Assembly (NCBI GenBank): GCA_965655095.1
Contig: OZ296651.1
Location: forward strand, 4,402,001 to 4,466,000
Source of the DNA: Haplodiscus bocki
Taxonomy: Eukaryota
Direction: 5' to 3'
Length of the DNA: 64,000 nucleotides
Positions 12,101-27,100 of this stretch are shown here, piece by piece; the stretch's first letter is position 1; the number at the start of each line of letters is the position of its first letter. The translations under genes and the position numbers were made by a program. The notes under the pieces are model-generated. The model made no database searches and was not told where the DNA came from. It was given only the letters and a program-made list of their open reading frames with translations.

Positions 12101-15100
12101 CATCAGCAATTGTTTTTAAGTGCTCGGTAAAACAGTGAGAAAAAGGGAGGGACGTTCGAATGTTGTCAAGATTGTCCGCAAGCAAACACATTTAGGGCTC
12201 ATATCAAGTAAGTACAAGCTGGGGGGAGCCGGGAAATGATTCATCAATATTGACGAATTGACTCCTTCGCGTGCCAGGCTAGTGAAAGCCCTAACTCAAC
12301 GAAGTCATGACGCTGCAGTCACTATGATGAACGAAAAGGTTGTTTTTAATCAGGCTGATAGCTTGAAGTTGGTTTTTGAAAGCCTTTTCAACAATTATCA
12401 ATGGGACCGTGACTCCATCTCTCCTGTTTGAAAGAGGATTTTTCGTTTAAATTCGGGGTCCTCTTTGTATCTCCTGAAGCCTAAAAATGCCAAACTGAGA
12501 AAACAGAACCGTTTTGAAAGCTCTCAAATTTGGCGCAGAGTGAGCTTTTTACTTTAAAATAGGATGTATCCAAAAAAATTTGACGAACCTGTCTACCAAG
12601 TATCCGCATTGCTGGATCAGCCCCCCTTTTTTAAGTTTATGAAAAATATTTGGTCATGTAAAATGTTTTGATCTGTTCAGATTGGAAGGCTATCATGTTT
12701 CAACAAAGGTAGAAGGAGTGCGTAGAAACGGACGGCTTGCAATTTACGTTGCTTGAAATTATCTGCTCGTGCTTACTGACAGATATATGGAGTGCCTGCT
12801 GATGAAAATTTTGACTGGTCATTGTGAGTAGTAGATAACTTGTGTGCATATATCACCGTCTACACCAAAATTAAACTTTCACAAATTCAGAGCGTCCTTT
12901 AAAAGAACATCGAAGCCACAAACTCAATTGTTTGTTTTGGGAGAGTTGAATATTAAATTTCAAAAAGGTAATTTGGTAGTTTGGAAAAATTTTTGGATAT
13001 GGTAGTTTCGAAATTTATTTGGATATTCTGCATATAAAAGCCTTCTTGGAACAGACAAAAGCAGCGACAAGAAGAACGTTGCAATGTGAAAGAGTCTTGG
13101 TTTTTATTTTGGGCGATCATTTTTTTTCCTTTTTAACTGGTATCAAGTATTTATTGATTACTGACAAATATGGAGTTTTTGTCTGACTCTGACAGTTGAA
13201 AAATGAAACTCGCAGATCTGGACGATATATTCAGAATTTTTTCTGTGAAAGACGACAGTGTTCAGGGAAAGTACTTTTAGTGAATGTAGTCTGCTCTATG
13301 CCAAGCTTATGCTACACTGAACCTCGACTCACAATTCAGCGACTTTGTGATTTCTATACAAGGCTACAAAGCACAGTGGGCATGTGTACAACATCGAGCT
13401 AGGTTAGGACTGCAAATAGACCAGACTTCTCTAGTTTGACAAGTTTTATCAAAATCTTGCAGCTATACAAACCAGCTTTTTAAGCTCCGTCAAGTTTCAC
13501 TCCCGACGTTGAACGTATCACGAAATCGGTTGACTGTGCAACTGCTGCAGGATCTTCAAAACAGAGGAAATTCATTTAATTCCACGGGAGTTTTGCCCGA
13601 CTGATGGGTGAACCCAAAATATGTTCTCAACAATTGATTTCGATTTGAGGACGATTAATTGGAAGCCCCTGCTCTCTGCTGAAAATTCAAAGCGGTGCTT
13701 GATGAAATGGATCATGATGTTGCAATTACTTTCAAAGTGCAGTTTGCTTGGACACGATGTAATCTTTTTGATGAGACACTTGAAACAAGTGAGAACCTAC
13801 GGTTTCCTGTCGAAAACAGTGTCCTTTTAAGGATATTGTTTTTTCCGCAGGCTGAAGTGGAGATTTTTACTGTAGTGTTGAAAGCTTCTCATGGGAGAGC
13901 TCTCGGACTGGATAAGATCTCAGCTGACAATCCTAAATGTAGCTTTCCAGTGGCAAGAAATGTTTTGATGTTTCTTGGAAAACAGTCTTTCACTCTTGGT
14001 GAGATTCCAGCTTTTCTCAAACAAGCAAGAGTGATGCTGCTTTTCAATCTTGGAACACGGCCCGCCAAAAAAACAATATGCGGCTTTCGATCCCGCCAGT
14101 GTTGAGTAAAATCTTGGAACGCGCTTTCGGCAATTGAATCTCCATATAATGAGAGTCGTGAAAAAAGACATTTGTTAAACAGTTTGGTTTGTGAATGCAT
14201 CAAGAGTAAATTGATGCCTTGGCTGAAATTATGGAAAAAACTAGGCGTGACTCGAATCTCAAGCACAGTAGCCTGTTTATGGGATCGAAAAAAGCGTTAC
14301 AGGGCGTGAATCACGGAGAAATTCTGTTGGGCGTAGTGAATGAATGGATGAAATCTTAATTTTGTGAACGAAAGCAAAAGAGCTTTAGTAAGTAGAATCC
14401 AATCTCGGACTCGAAATATGAAAAATCGAGGTTGCAATCCCAGAGTATTCGACACTTGTTCTTTTTTTGTTGTGTCTGTACGTCAAATTCCACCGATGAT
14501 CCCTAGTGGAAATGTTTTTTCATCTTTTGCTTTTACTACGAACAATGTTCATCAAGATATTTCCGAAAATGAAATAAAGGAAATGCTGGTGGATTTCCGA
14601 ACTCGAATGATTAAAGCCAGGCTCTTACTAAACAGTAAAAAAACGCATTTTTTTGTTTTTGGAAACGTAAACACGCTCTCATATTAAATGGTGCAACTAA
14701 GATTAAGATTGTGAGGCAACTAATTGCAACTAGGAGCAATTAAGATTTTGAGGTTGTTGAATTTTTGCGCAATTTTAAGAAGTAAGTTTGAAAATTCAGA
14801 ATCATTTTGATACTGAGTTGAAAAAAACTTGAGAAGCTACAAATCTGTTGTCTGCACCTTTGTTCTTCGGTGCGAAGAACTGTTCTCCTAGGATACTGAA
14901 GGTATACATCGGTCCAACTACACAAGACGGTCTACTTATCTGTGGAAAAATAACAAGTAACGAAAAGTAACTAGAGTTACGAAAATCCAAGGAAAGGAAT
15001 CAATCTCAACAAAATTCTCGCTCGAAAACAACCTGTCGAACTTTGCAAAGAAAACCTTTCTACAATTTAGAAGCATCAAATTGTCTCAGAATGGGAAGGA

Positions 15101-18100
15101 AAACCAGTTTAACATTGGAAGTCGGGAATCTCGTCAGTTTCAGGAGCAAAGACAAAAATGTCGAACAATGCGTGAGAAGCTCCTTCCTGTAAAGAATCTA
15201 GCAGTTTTTTTAAGCCGTTTATAAAAGTGTACGAAAAACGTTTCGGATATATTGAAAGTCAACACTTTTCGACTAGGCGTAAAAAATAGACATGAAACTT
15301 CTGATATCGCGAAAAGACAGGTTTTGGTTATTTTGACGAAAATCAGTAAAAAAGAAAACATTTTGAACAATTTCATTGGTTCCGAGTTTAAACCGAAACT
15401 AGGAAATGTCTCCGTCAGACTTTTATGTTCAAAATCTTACACGAGCAACGTCTTGGTTCACGTGTGTAGAGCGTTTCCGTATAATAAAAGTTGAAAACAG
15501 ACGTCATAAACAAAAGTAAACAATCAATTCCAGAACTCAGCGATGAGCCGAAGGTTTGAAAGAATCACTTGTGATCGGTGTGTTTTACTGACTGACACCT
15601 ATGTTCAATAAAATGTGCGTTTTGAGTGGACATGTACCGGAATACTCTGATGGCACGAAGTAAAATGAAAATAGACGACAAACTTTAAAAGAACACAAAA
15701 ACACCAAGAGACCAAAAGACAAATGACGGGATCGAAATTTCAAAATTGAAGAGTCTGAGGTCGTGTGAGTTGAAATTTGGTTACGGATACCTCCGAGATA
15801 ATTTTACCGCAACCGATCAGTGGATCCAGCGATATTGAGAGCTACATAACATATTTTGAACTTTTAGGGAATCTCCTAAAATGGAGAAGGACCGAAACGC
15901 AAGGCAGAAGGGAAGAATTGAAATCGCTGAAAGGCGGCACTGTTTTGCACTTGGATTGAAAAACGAGCCATTGATTTCTACCGTCTGTTAACGGATGCCC
16001 AAAAAATCAGCTTTGATGAAATTGTTGATATTTGCAGAACTCACTGCACTCAGGAACCAGTGATAGTCCAGGGGCAGCTTGTGAGAAGCAGCACCCGCAA
16101 GAAGCAGCACCCGCAAGAAGCAGCATCCGCAAGAAAAATTGACAGACCTTCTGGGAGACGTGTTATCGTTGGCTATGAAAACCTACCTGCTTGAGTTGAT
16201 TGAAATTCGTGACCATTTGGTTTTGCTTGAATTCTTGAAAGAAGTTCACGACGTTCAAATCAGATTTTCTCTGAGGAAAACCATCGTCGACTCAGAGCTA
16301 GCAATCAGAAAAAGTCTGAAAGAAAGCAACACGTGTTGCAACCGTTGCCAGAACAGAGTAAGAAGAGAAATAAACCAATTTTGCACTTCTTCAACCCGAC
16401 AAAACCTAAAAGTTGACTAACTATGTAAATCGTCTTGCTGAATGTTTGTTTCTGCCCCGGGATTCAAGAAGTGAGAACAGCAGTATGTTTTGCGGAAGAG
16501 ACAAATAAAGAAACAACAGTTGAAGAGAGAATATTAGGTAAAGATTGTTTGGGGATCGTAGTAGAGGAACCAGAGCGTGTTGTAGTTTGTGAGATGGCAA
16601 AAACTAGGCTCTCATCGCAGAAAAGACCCAAGAAAGAGAAAAAAGGTTCCTGTCTCGCTAGAAGTTTCCACAATGTCATAGGGAAGTGGGTTTCTATAGT
16701 GATAGCTGTGGTTACTGCAGTTAATGTGGTTGCTGGGCAAAAAAGTTTAAAAAATGTTTCAACTGTGGAAGTTCAAACTTTTTCAGAAAGTTCATTCCTT
16801 TTTAAACTCAAGAAGGTTTTTGTGAAGATGAGGGCAGAATTGTCTACGCGTCTCATGGCAGCAGTGAGATTGACGAGCAAAACGAAAACAATGACCAAAA
16901 AAAACATTATGTTCGACACTGCTGGGACAAGGCAATACGCCATCTACACGCCCAGCTAGTGGCAGCAATGTTGCTCTGCTTAGCTGGAACGTTTTGAAAT
17001 CGGTTGGATCCAGTGGTGCAATTGAAGACTACAAAAAACCTTACAGCGATCAGTACAACAACGCCCGTTCAGACAAAAACTGCGCTGAAAGTGCAAGTCA
17101 AAAAAATTGCAGCCTGGTTTTGGGTTAATTTTCTAATATCAACCGTAGACGCCCTCCGTTGTCTACTGGGGTTGGATTTCCTGCCAAAAATATTGCGAAA
17201 GAGGAAGAGGAAAAAAATCTTTTTTTTAGAAAAATACGAAGAACACTACAATTGAACACAAGCCCAAGTGCCATTAGGGCAAGGTATCTTACTGTAACTT
17301 GAACACAGGGCCTGCCACCTGCTAGCCAAAAACAATTGAAATTCGATTGGAGGAGTGGGGAAAGACCGAGATTTTTTTTGCTACGATTGGGTACGCCAGT
17401 GGATTATTTTCAAACCTTACTTAGAAATATCGACGGAAGTTGTTGGGTCCGTTAACTGTATTTTCATAACGGAGACTTCGTTAAAAACGGTAAATCCAGG
17501 CTTGGATCCAAAAGACTATTGTGTTTGACCATCATTTCTTTGCTCGTCGAGAAAAGACCGCAAAAGGGCAAATGCCGATAAAGAAAGCCGTAAAATCGAC
17601 AAACAAGTCCAAATGGAGAGAACGAAGCTTTCTTTAACCGCAACTGAAAAAAGTCGAAAATCTGTGCCGGGATTTGTAATAGTTATTTCGAAGTGGGAAA
17701 ATAACCTGGGTGTCTACAATCCGATTGACACCATATCAAATTGAAGGCTGATGTGAAGCTGTTGTGTAGGGTTCATAGTTACGAGGGTTCCAAGAAAAAA
17801 GAGACAATGCAAAACTGGTGCGAGGGACAGTCAAAGGTGATTCATTTACTGCTACGCAATCTTATCAATCTGCTCCAAGTGTTTTAGAGTAATTTATTTC
17901 CCAAGACGGAGGAAACATACAGTTTAGTTGAGTATTACGGTGGGCTTCAAACAGAAGTAAAAAAAAACAATTCATCTCGTCCAGGAATTATCAATATGAT
18001 CGATTGCTTGGAAAGTATTATATTTTTCTCGAGGGTTGACTTGACGTCAAGATATGTTCAAATGTTTCTGAAAGAAGAAAGCCGCAACGTGACTGCTTCC

Positions 18101-21100
18101 AATGCTTAAGAAAAACTCTACAAATGGTAGCGTCTACCAATGGGATTGGTGTCAGCTTAGAGCCGGAGCATTCTAAAAATTATTGGATTTTTTTATTGTG
18201 GACTTTCTTACGAAGTTGAACAGGTGTATTTGGACGATACAATTGTTTTTGCGAAATTGATTCGCGGGCATCTACCGCGTTTCCGACAGGAGTTTGCACG
18301 AACGGAGAAGAATGGTTTGAAGTAAAAGGATCAAATATGAATTTCTTCCGAAAGTAAGTAACTGATTTGGGCATGTTCTCTTAGAGAACGGAGTGGAAGT
18401 AGAACAAGAGAAAGTGGCAGCAGTTGACACAGTGAAATCGCCAATTAACAAGAAAAAGACCCAGCTGTAATCTGTTTAGCTGCTTTCTGCAGGAACTTCA
18501 TTCCGGGAGCCACAAACACTTCAGAGCCCCTTCAAAAACTACTGAAAAAAGAGAAGAAGCTTTTGTGTACCTTTTGTGTACAGAAAAATGCGAAGATTCG
18601 CTGCTAGATTTGAATGACAAACTTCTATCAGCACCCATTTTGAGCTACTCAGAAACTGCAAAGAGTACACATTTTCCACAACTCCATCAATATTTGGTAT
18701 TTTGACTCAAAAGCAAAGGTTGGATAGAATTAATGCATATGTGAACATGCTGGCTAGACTCTGACCATAATTCAGGGAAACTATTCTGAAACAATTTGTG
18801 AGCTTTTTGAGAAAAATTTAGAAGTCTTTGCCAAACTTACCTGCTGGGCTGCAAGTTTGTGGTTGTCAGAGACCAAAGAACGTTGATATGACTGTACAGT
18901 TTTACAGACTTGAAAACGAACGGGCTGAAAAAGATGGGAAGAGACACGCACCATGCAGACTGTCTATTGCGCGTACGAATGGAGGACTGCTGCATAATTA
19001 CATTTGTGGCCGCGGTAACAAAACACCCCACTGGAAATCGGATTTTTATTCTTTTCTTTGACATTTACTTCAAAGCAATGACCGAAAAAGCGTCGAAACT
19101 AGATAAAAAAAACAGATTCTTAGTCAACCTCTTTGTTTGGCTACAAAATAGACGCAGATCTGACCGGAAAAACATGACTGTCGCTTCATAAAAACTAGCA
19201 TTTTTGGCTTGATAGTAGAAATATAAAAAAAGTGAGTGGTTTCTGTACAGAAGAGAAACACTTGTGAAAAATTAGACAAGTAAAAAGGCAACTGACTGTC
19301 GCTCAGAATCTTGTTCTATACATCCTTTCTCCAATTGTATAATCTCGCTGCGCGGCTTATCTTGATATCCAAAAAACGTGTCAGTTGAACGACGAACGTT
19401 TCTTTTGGCTCGGAATGAGTCGTGATTTGCAAATTTAGGTTGATAGTTGCAAACAGTGCCTGAAGAAAAATATTTCGCGGCAAACTTCTAGACACAGTCT
19501 CGAAACTTTGTAGACTAATTAACACTTTTTGCAAACCTTGGACTTGATTGTACACCTGCCTAATTGGAAAGGTTGTAAGTTTATTCTATTAATCGGACCC
19601 CAGTTCAGCACATGGCAAGAGGTTGTGGGATTGACAAATAAAGAGAAACAAACAGTTCTAACCTTTTGCACTGGTTGGTTTCAAAGTGAGTCAAATGATT
19701 CCAATGACCCGTCAACCTGCTCAGCGTTTAGGGAAGACTTTTCATTTTTGAACTAATATGAGAATTTTGACGAGTTCTAGTAGTTGAAAAGACTTCAATG
19801 GAACTTTTTCACACTGAACGTATTCCCTTGATTTGAAGGTCGAACAGGTTATTGGAGGCAGCATGTCCAGAATTGCAGATTACCATCAGCATGAGTGGAA
19901 ATTTTATTGTCAATTACTTAATATTACCCAACGCTGCTCAGGTCACGCAGTAACAAAATATCTTCCTTCCTGCGTGTATTCGAAAACGCCTGCACGATAC
20001 AAGTCACAAAGGGCTTTTTCCGCTGGGAAGTAGTTTCATATTGAATACCAAAAGGGAATATTTAAGCGCACATCTTTTGATGAGGGCAGACTCTGATTTG
20101 CAAAAGGGTCATTGGAAGAGTTCCTATGCCTAATGTCCTGAGGTTTTACGCAGAGTGACGAAGATGGCAAGCTCCTACTCGCTCTTTAGCTTTGAAATAG
20201 GGGACCGAACAAATTCATTTCTTTTAGCATGTGACCATGCGCATCCGGCGTAAAAAGTAATAACAAGAAGTTTCGTCTGTGTGGTGAAGAGTCAAAGATA
20301 TGACAGTGCATTTAGACAGATTTAAAAAGTGCGAACTGAAAACGTTAAAAACTGGGAACAAAAGGAAAAAACCTCACAAGTTTCAGAAATTGATGACGAT
20401 TTCATTGAAAGAATGGTAGAAAAGACAGTAGTTCCAGGCCCTGCCAAGGAGAAATTGTCAGCGGAGGAAGAGCAAACTGAGGCATCCAGTCACTAAATCA
20501 ATCAGAAGGATGTCTGAACTTAGGGTCGGGAGAGAGATTGGAAAAAGATGAGAGACCCTTTTTTGCCGAAGAAACTTGCAATAGTTACGAAAAAACAGTG
20601 CAAGTCCGGAAACGCCCGTAAAGAAGAAAATTAGGCGAATTTCCGAACCACCGCTGAAGCAAAAAAGTTCTCATAACCGTTTGGTACTGAGAGTACACAC
20701 TGACTACTGTGTTTACAACGAGGACGATGACAACCTCAAAAGCCTTTATAGTCCTCTCAGGAATCAGGTGAGCATTAACGGTGGACAGAGGAGGAAACCT
20801 GATTAGTGAAAGTAGAAAGTCGTTTGGATTGACTTTGATTTGGTTTTTTTTCAGGGGGTTACCAAAGAGAGGTGAAAGCAAGACAGTGGGTTATGATTTG
20901 GAGCAAAAGGTAAATAGCTCAGTGTTTCTTAAAGTGACCGGCAGCTCTGCTCTTGATTTTTGAGAGCCAGTACCAAAAAACCAGAGGCAGCTGTCCTTTA
21001 TTATGGAAATAGAGTATAAAAAAGATTGAGACTGTATTGTAATCAAGCTGCAAACAGTGTTGCGGAAAAACAGGTCAAACGATTATGATGAAGGACTCAT

Positions 21101-24100
21101 TTGTGTCAAGATTCAAAGAACTTCGAACGCTTCACTTGATAGCAATTGGAACTTCCCAGTCGGTGTGGCGGACAAAAAAATCAAACTGCCAGCTTTTGCA
21201 AAGAATCAAGGCAATTGGTTACGGCTGATTTTAATAAAGTGGAGCTTTCGAAGACAAAATTACTTGAAAGCTAAGGTTACTCAAAACCATTGGTGAAAGG
21301 AGAAAGATTAGGTTTTACACACCCTGTAAAGTAGATTGCACTACTAGGACAGACAATAAATTGACTGATCTGTGTTCATCCATGGTAGACTGAAAACAAG
21401 TAAGCTGCACGCACCAAGAGAAAGGCACAACGGAATTTTGTTTTGAAGTGGCGAATTGAATTTGAGATTCAACTTTTCAACCCCTTTCTTCTGGTGATTT
21501 CGGGCATTGTTTCGTTTTCTGCTTTTCTATGAATTAAATGTCTGTTCGGAAGTTGTGACTGCTTTGAAAAAAATGGAGCCTCAAAATTGAAAGATATAAA
21601 CCAAATTTGTATTGCGTTTCATTAGATCAAGAGGCGATAAGCGATTTGCTGTCGAGATGGACAACATACCTTTTAGTATTTCCCACGAAACTCTTTCTAT
21701 AGAAATCAATCAGATTGTGTATGTCGTTTCCAGTTTCCTAATCTAATAAAAAGATCAAAAGCAGAAGTGAACACAATTAACCAGTCAGTGTTCACGGAAA
21801 TTCGGTTTGAACTTGTCTCTGCGCGAGGGCTGCAAGAGATGAGCAACAGCTGGATAAAAATGGGTTCTCATAACTGTCGAATGGATTAACTACGAAACAA
21901 AATGAAGCACTCGCTTGCTTCCAATTTTTACACTGAGTGGTGAGGAGTAGGAACAAAAGGTATTTATTGCGAAAAAGCTGAGAAGGATTTGTTGAGAAGA
22001 AACAACTGAAGTGATTAATCAGTTTTTGTGGTTTCTACCTTCGGAAATACTCTAGGTGGGAAACAGATAGTGTATGTAAACATAAGAAGTGAAAACACTG
22101 CGGAAGGAAAGTAAATTTTGGGTTTTACTTCTCGTGAAAAACGCAACTCGCAAAAAATTTGAAAAGCAAAAGCTCTCTGCAGCGACTTTCGTTTGAGCCA
22201 AGATTCAGAAGAGTTGTAGTTCCCAAAGGTTGACAATGACATGGTAATGCTACGGAAAGTGCGATTGCGTTCCTCATTATGTTGACTGAATGCATCCCAA
22301 AGTTGTTGAAACAGTGTAGTACATCTCCGAAGACTTCGCAGTCAGGTCAGAGATTCAGTCGCAGACCTTCCGTGTAGAAGGTACTCTCAGCAACAAATGC
22401 GTGGTTAATGCAGTTTTGTCCTTTCAGCCGCTATCATTGGTCACGAGGATGATGTTGGATGAATCAGATGTTGCTGCAGTTCAAGACCAGAACGCTGTTT
22501 TGTGAGAAACTTGCTTCATCAGCTCCAGAACATGAAACCAATAGTTTTCGCACCTCACAGGAGGGTGACTCATTGGGGTTTTGCGGCTGTTGATAGACGC
22601 CGTTGATCAATTTCAGCATATCAGCGAAAAAAAGTCAAAAGCCTTCCTGGAACTGAGAAAAGTGACAAACGTTGAAACAAAGTATGTTTCAGCAATGGAA
22701 GAGCTGGACAAGATAAAGAACGTTCGGAAACCAAGCTGGAACACTTGCTAGTGCAGCTTGACACGGTTACTATGCCCAGTCGTGAACTGCGTTACCAGGA
22801 AAAACACACAAAAAAGCGAGTTTCTCAATCTCAATCTCTCAACCAATTAAGAAATCACCACAAAACGTTTTCTCTTTTCTGACACTACGTGTGCAAAAAA
22901 ACTATTTTTCATGTACAGAAAAAGAGCCAATTTGGTGGAGACAGAATTGAGTCAACCCTCACAAACAATGTCATTCCAGCGCTCGTAGGCCAATCAACAG
23001 TATGGGAAGAAGGTCAGGATTTATTTTTGCTACATCTCTATAAGAGGGGCTTCAACATCCGAAAACCAACAGACCGTTCAGAAAACCCTTTATGGTCCAA
23101 AAACTTTTTAGGACATCCACATGTTAAAACAAATCAGAGGAAATTCAAAACCAAAAAAAACTACAACCTAAATTGAGCGGAAAAAAACCACGAGCGGAAA
23201 TTCGGAAGTAGCGAAGAAGTTACGCCACATTGAAATCAAGGACACCATTGCAAAATTCATGGTTGATTTGTGCCTTGATATCGAAATCAAACCACTTCTT
23301 CAATCTTTTGAAGGCGAAAGCTAAAGCAACATTTTGACTACAAGAGATGAAAAAACTGACTCAGATATCAAGCCGAACGCTCTATGTGGACAATGTTTCC
23401 CTCCATAATTTCTTGATTAGAAAACTTCTAATCGGTTATCCAAAACGTCGAAAACATTACCTGATCCCTACAAAAAACCGAAGATCTGAAAAAACTGAAG
23501 TAACGACCATCACGATCTTTTGCTTGTTTTGTGTTTTGAATGAAATCGCACATAGTGTCGAGGAGTTTTTCGGCTCTTCATTCGCGAGGACTGCGCTCTG
23601 TTCTTCTAAGTATATCCGTAATTGTGATTGATATGATAGTTGTTCTTTTTCGTCTTCTGAAATTGTTTTCTCGACTTGTGGTGAAACATTGTATCACTGT
23701 TTTTTGTGCAGGCATATTTCCGTCCATTCAAAAGACGTGTCCCAGTAACTCCCATTGTCGCTTTTGCACTTGTGATCCGATGGTAATGATGCTGCACTTT
23801 TCATATGCAGGTTTGTTTGAATTTCGGAGTTGATACTCGATGTTAAGATTAACTCATCGTTGTTTGTTCATGAAATGCATTTAATTTTTTTTCTGACTGG
23901 CTCAATCCCCAAGTTTCAGAATTATGCATTAAGATTGACTTGACGAGAGATTTTTTATCAATAATTCTTCTCTGTGTAATTTTAGCACTTCTTTTCCAGT
24001 TTTCTTGTAGTCTGGAAAGGCTGTTGTAGTCAAGACTTGTCATTTGATGATATCTACTTCATCGCCTGAAAACGATTCGAACTTTTTTTTATCTCCTTGC

Positions 24101-27100
24101 CATTCTTCGATCATCTTTTCCGCATCTCTTTCAAAGATCGTGATTCCAGTTTCCTCTGGTTTTGCGTGGAGATTGTTTCTGTTTCAATGAGGATATTGAG
24201 TTTTCTTGTATCCATTTTGATTGTATTTGTTCGGAAACGATGAAGTCGGCGTCATATGCGTAAATTGATTCAGTCGGACGCGTTTGTACCCTGGGGTTGT
24301 TGGAAGTTTCTCGAGCTAGTTTAAACGTGTGTCGTTTATATGTTATCTGCTTCAGAGCTGTTTGAAATTAAATCTTGAAGTTGATGCCGCTGACTCCGTC
24401 ACCTTGGGGTGATGCAATGTTTGTGTTGAAGCGCTCCTCGCCGATATAATTATTCTTTTTTATTGACAATTTTGTACTCGATAACAGTTTTTGGACCAAC
24501 CTATTTTCGTTGTTCTCGGATATAATAAGGTATGTATTTAATACCTAATTTCTATAACAATATTAATAATTTTGTATTTCAGTAACAGAAAAAACGTCTA
24601 ATACTCTAAGTAACAATTGTACGGCAAAAACTCAAAGAATATGTTTCATTACAATCCCTCTTTTTCAAGGCAGCGATCTTGGATTATGTTGAAATTCTTG
24701 AAACCGACAGGATTTGTTGGTGGGGGTCTTCCTCTCAGCTTCCCGGTTGCATTGAGCTGTCGAAGAGGAATCAAAGCTGCAAGAATGTGTTTCTCCGTTT
24801 CCATGTTTCTTATCAGCCTTTGCAATCAGATTGTTCTAAAATTCTGTAGAAATCAGTATCGACTGTGACGTTTAGTAGGTTGTTTGCAAGACTATTGGCT
24901 GAGGAAAGTTTCTTGAGGTGCTTTTTGGGGACTCCCCCGTAGACAAAGACACAGTATGTAATGTGAAGCAAAACAATGGAGTCGAAAAAATGTCGCATTT
25001 GTTCGATGTTTTATGCGCGTTTTAGGAGCCTGTTAATCTGGAATGTTGTTTTCCTGCATCTCAATGATAATTTCTCAATGTGAGTTTTGACGCAAGCGTT
25101 TGTGTCAAAAAGGACTCCCAGGACTTTCAATGAGTCACACCGTGGAATAGTCGTCAGGCACTCTACGTGTCTTTTCCTAAATTGCTCAAGAAGCTATCGA
25201 CTTTTGCTTGTGTTGAGACTCAATTTGTATATTTGGAACCATTCAATTACCGGACACAAGCTTTGATAGCTTTCGTCTCCAGCGTCGAAGTATCCAGCAG
25301 TGGCAATGGTCGCGTCATCAGCGAAATTAGAATGCCTCGTGGATTCCGTGTCTGTGAGGAGATCCTTGATATAGTAATTGAAAAATCGTGGTCCACTCAC
25401 TGTTCCTTGAATCACTCCTAGGTCGAGCGAAAGCATTTTTGACACGAATTTGTTCACAGTGACGTATTGATTTCGATCAGTGAAAGAATCAGCGATTAAG
25501 TTTATGACATGGTAGTCAAGATGACAGCCATAAAATTTCTCAACCAAGAGATTGTGTTTCACTTCGTCGAATGCCTTTGAAAAGACCAAGGAGATGATCC
25601 GAACATAGTTAAATCCCGCTCATTGAAAGAGGCGACAGTCACTCTGCAGTCGTGTAGGGGCATTCTCCTTCGATCTTCCTACTCGGAATCCATGTTGGCG
25701 CGCCTCAATTTCCTCCTCGTAGTTTGTGGCAACGAAGCTTTTGAGCAAAATTTTTCCCATTATCCAAGACATCATTGGGTTAATTGCAATAGGCCTTAAA
25801 TCATTCAGACTTCTAAACGTTGCAACTGTAGGTAAAGGAATGACTTTGGTTATATTCAGGCGAACGTGGTACTTCCCTTGTGCTAGACAGTGATCAAAAG
25901 TGTGCTTGGGTGGGAATGTAAGGTTATGTGCATTCTCGTGGAAAACCCTGACGGGCATTCCATCTTTCCCACGCACCGTGTCTCCCGTTTTGCGTAGTAC
26001 TCCATACACGAGGTGCGGCGAGACCTCCACTGGTGGCGTTCCTCCAATTTCCGTCTTTCTCGGAGGCTGATAGTCCTCGTCCCTTCAAACATCTGCGAAA
26101 AATTGATTCATCTCTTCCACGTCGGAGTCAAGCGCTGTTGAGCACCTTTTCCTCTTCCCCAGCGTGTAATTGGTTGTTTTCCACCACGAAGCACATCCCG
26201 GTTTGTTTTTTGCGCTCTTATTGTTCGAGATAATCGTGTCCTGGATTTTTTTTTTCAATTTCCTTCAACTTGTCTGCTTTTGTTTGCGTTTCTTTTGTAG
26301 CGGAATTTTCAGTAGTGGGCTCTTATAAGGTGGGTCTTTTGTTGACATTTATATTATTCGCATTGGACAGTGCGCGTCCATTTTTTCAGTAAAAGCTGGC
26401 ATTAGCTTTCCTGTTGCTGGCGAGGGGTCCGCTACCGAGAACAAAGCGTCAAATACATGTCTGTCTAGCGCCAAGTTCATCTTCCGTCGCTTCTGAATGC
26501 GATAGTCCCAGACTTTCATATTTTGTCGCTCCGCTCTTAGTGGTTTCCTGGGCTGCAGTGAGATCGCGAGATGGTCTGTATTGAACAACGTCCTAATAAT
26601 TTCAACTTGATCAATTAAATCTGTATTTGAAACAAAGACTTTGTCCGGACACTTCTTGCCTCTGGTGCCTGAAGTTTTAGTTCAGGTGCATTGAGTTTTT
26701 TCTGATACTTCGCTGGCTTCGAGAAAGTTGGAATCTCCACCAATCACAAAGGTATACCCGGGGGGTTTCTACAGCTAGTTTCTCGATACTGTTTCTCATA
26801 AAACTCAACAGCAAACTTCATTTCGTTGCATCGCGCGGGTTGTACACTACTACTGGGTACAGCTTCAGCTCCTTGCTCAAAAGCTACATCAGCCCAGAGT
26901 CCTCAGATCCAACTACATTCAATTTAGTGACGTCCATTGTTGTCATCGAGTAGCTGTAGTAGTGAGGTACAAGATAGATGAAACCACGATTCGCATTGTT
27001 CACATTGGATGTAGTCTTTTTCTATCAAAAGTTTCGAATGCTGCGGTCATGTTTGCCAGAAATTTATATGCAATGACTCGCGGAGAAGAAAGGAAATGAT

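Noticed and set aside
16435-16959. 174-aa ORF as a host gene
   Set aside because: It lies in the gag-protease region of a decayed Gypsy element and has no ATG start or splice support.
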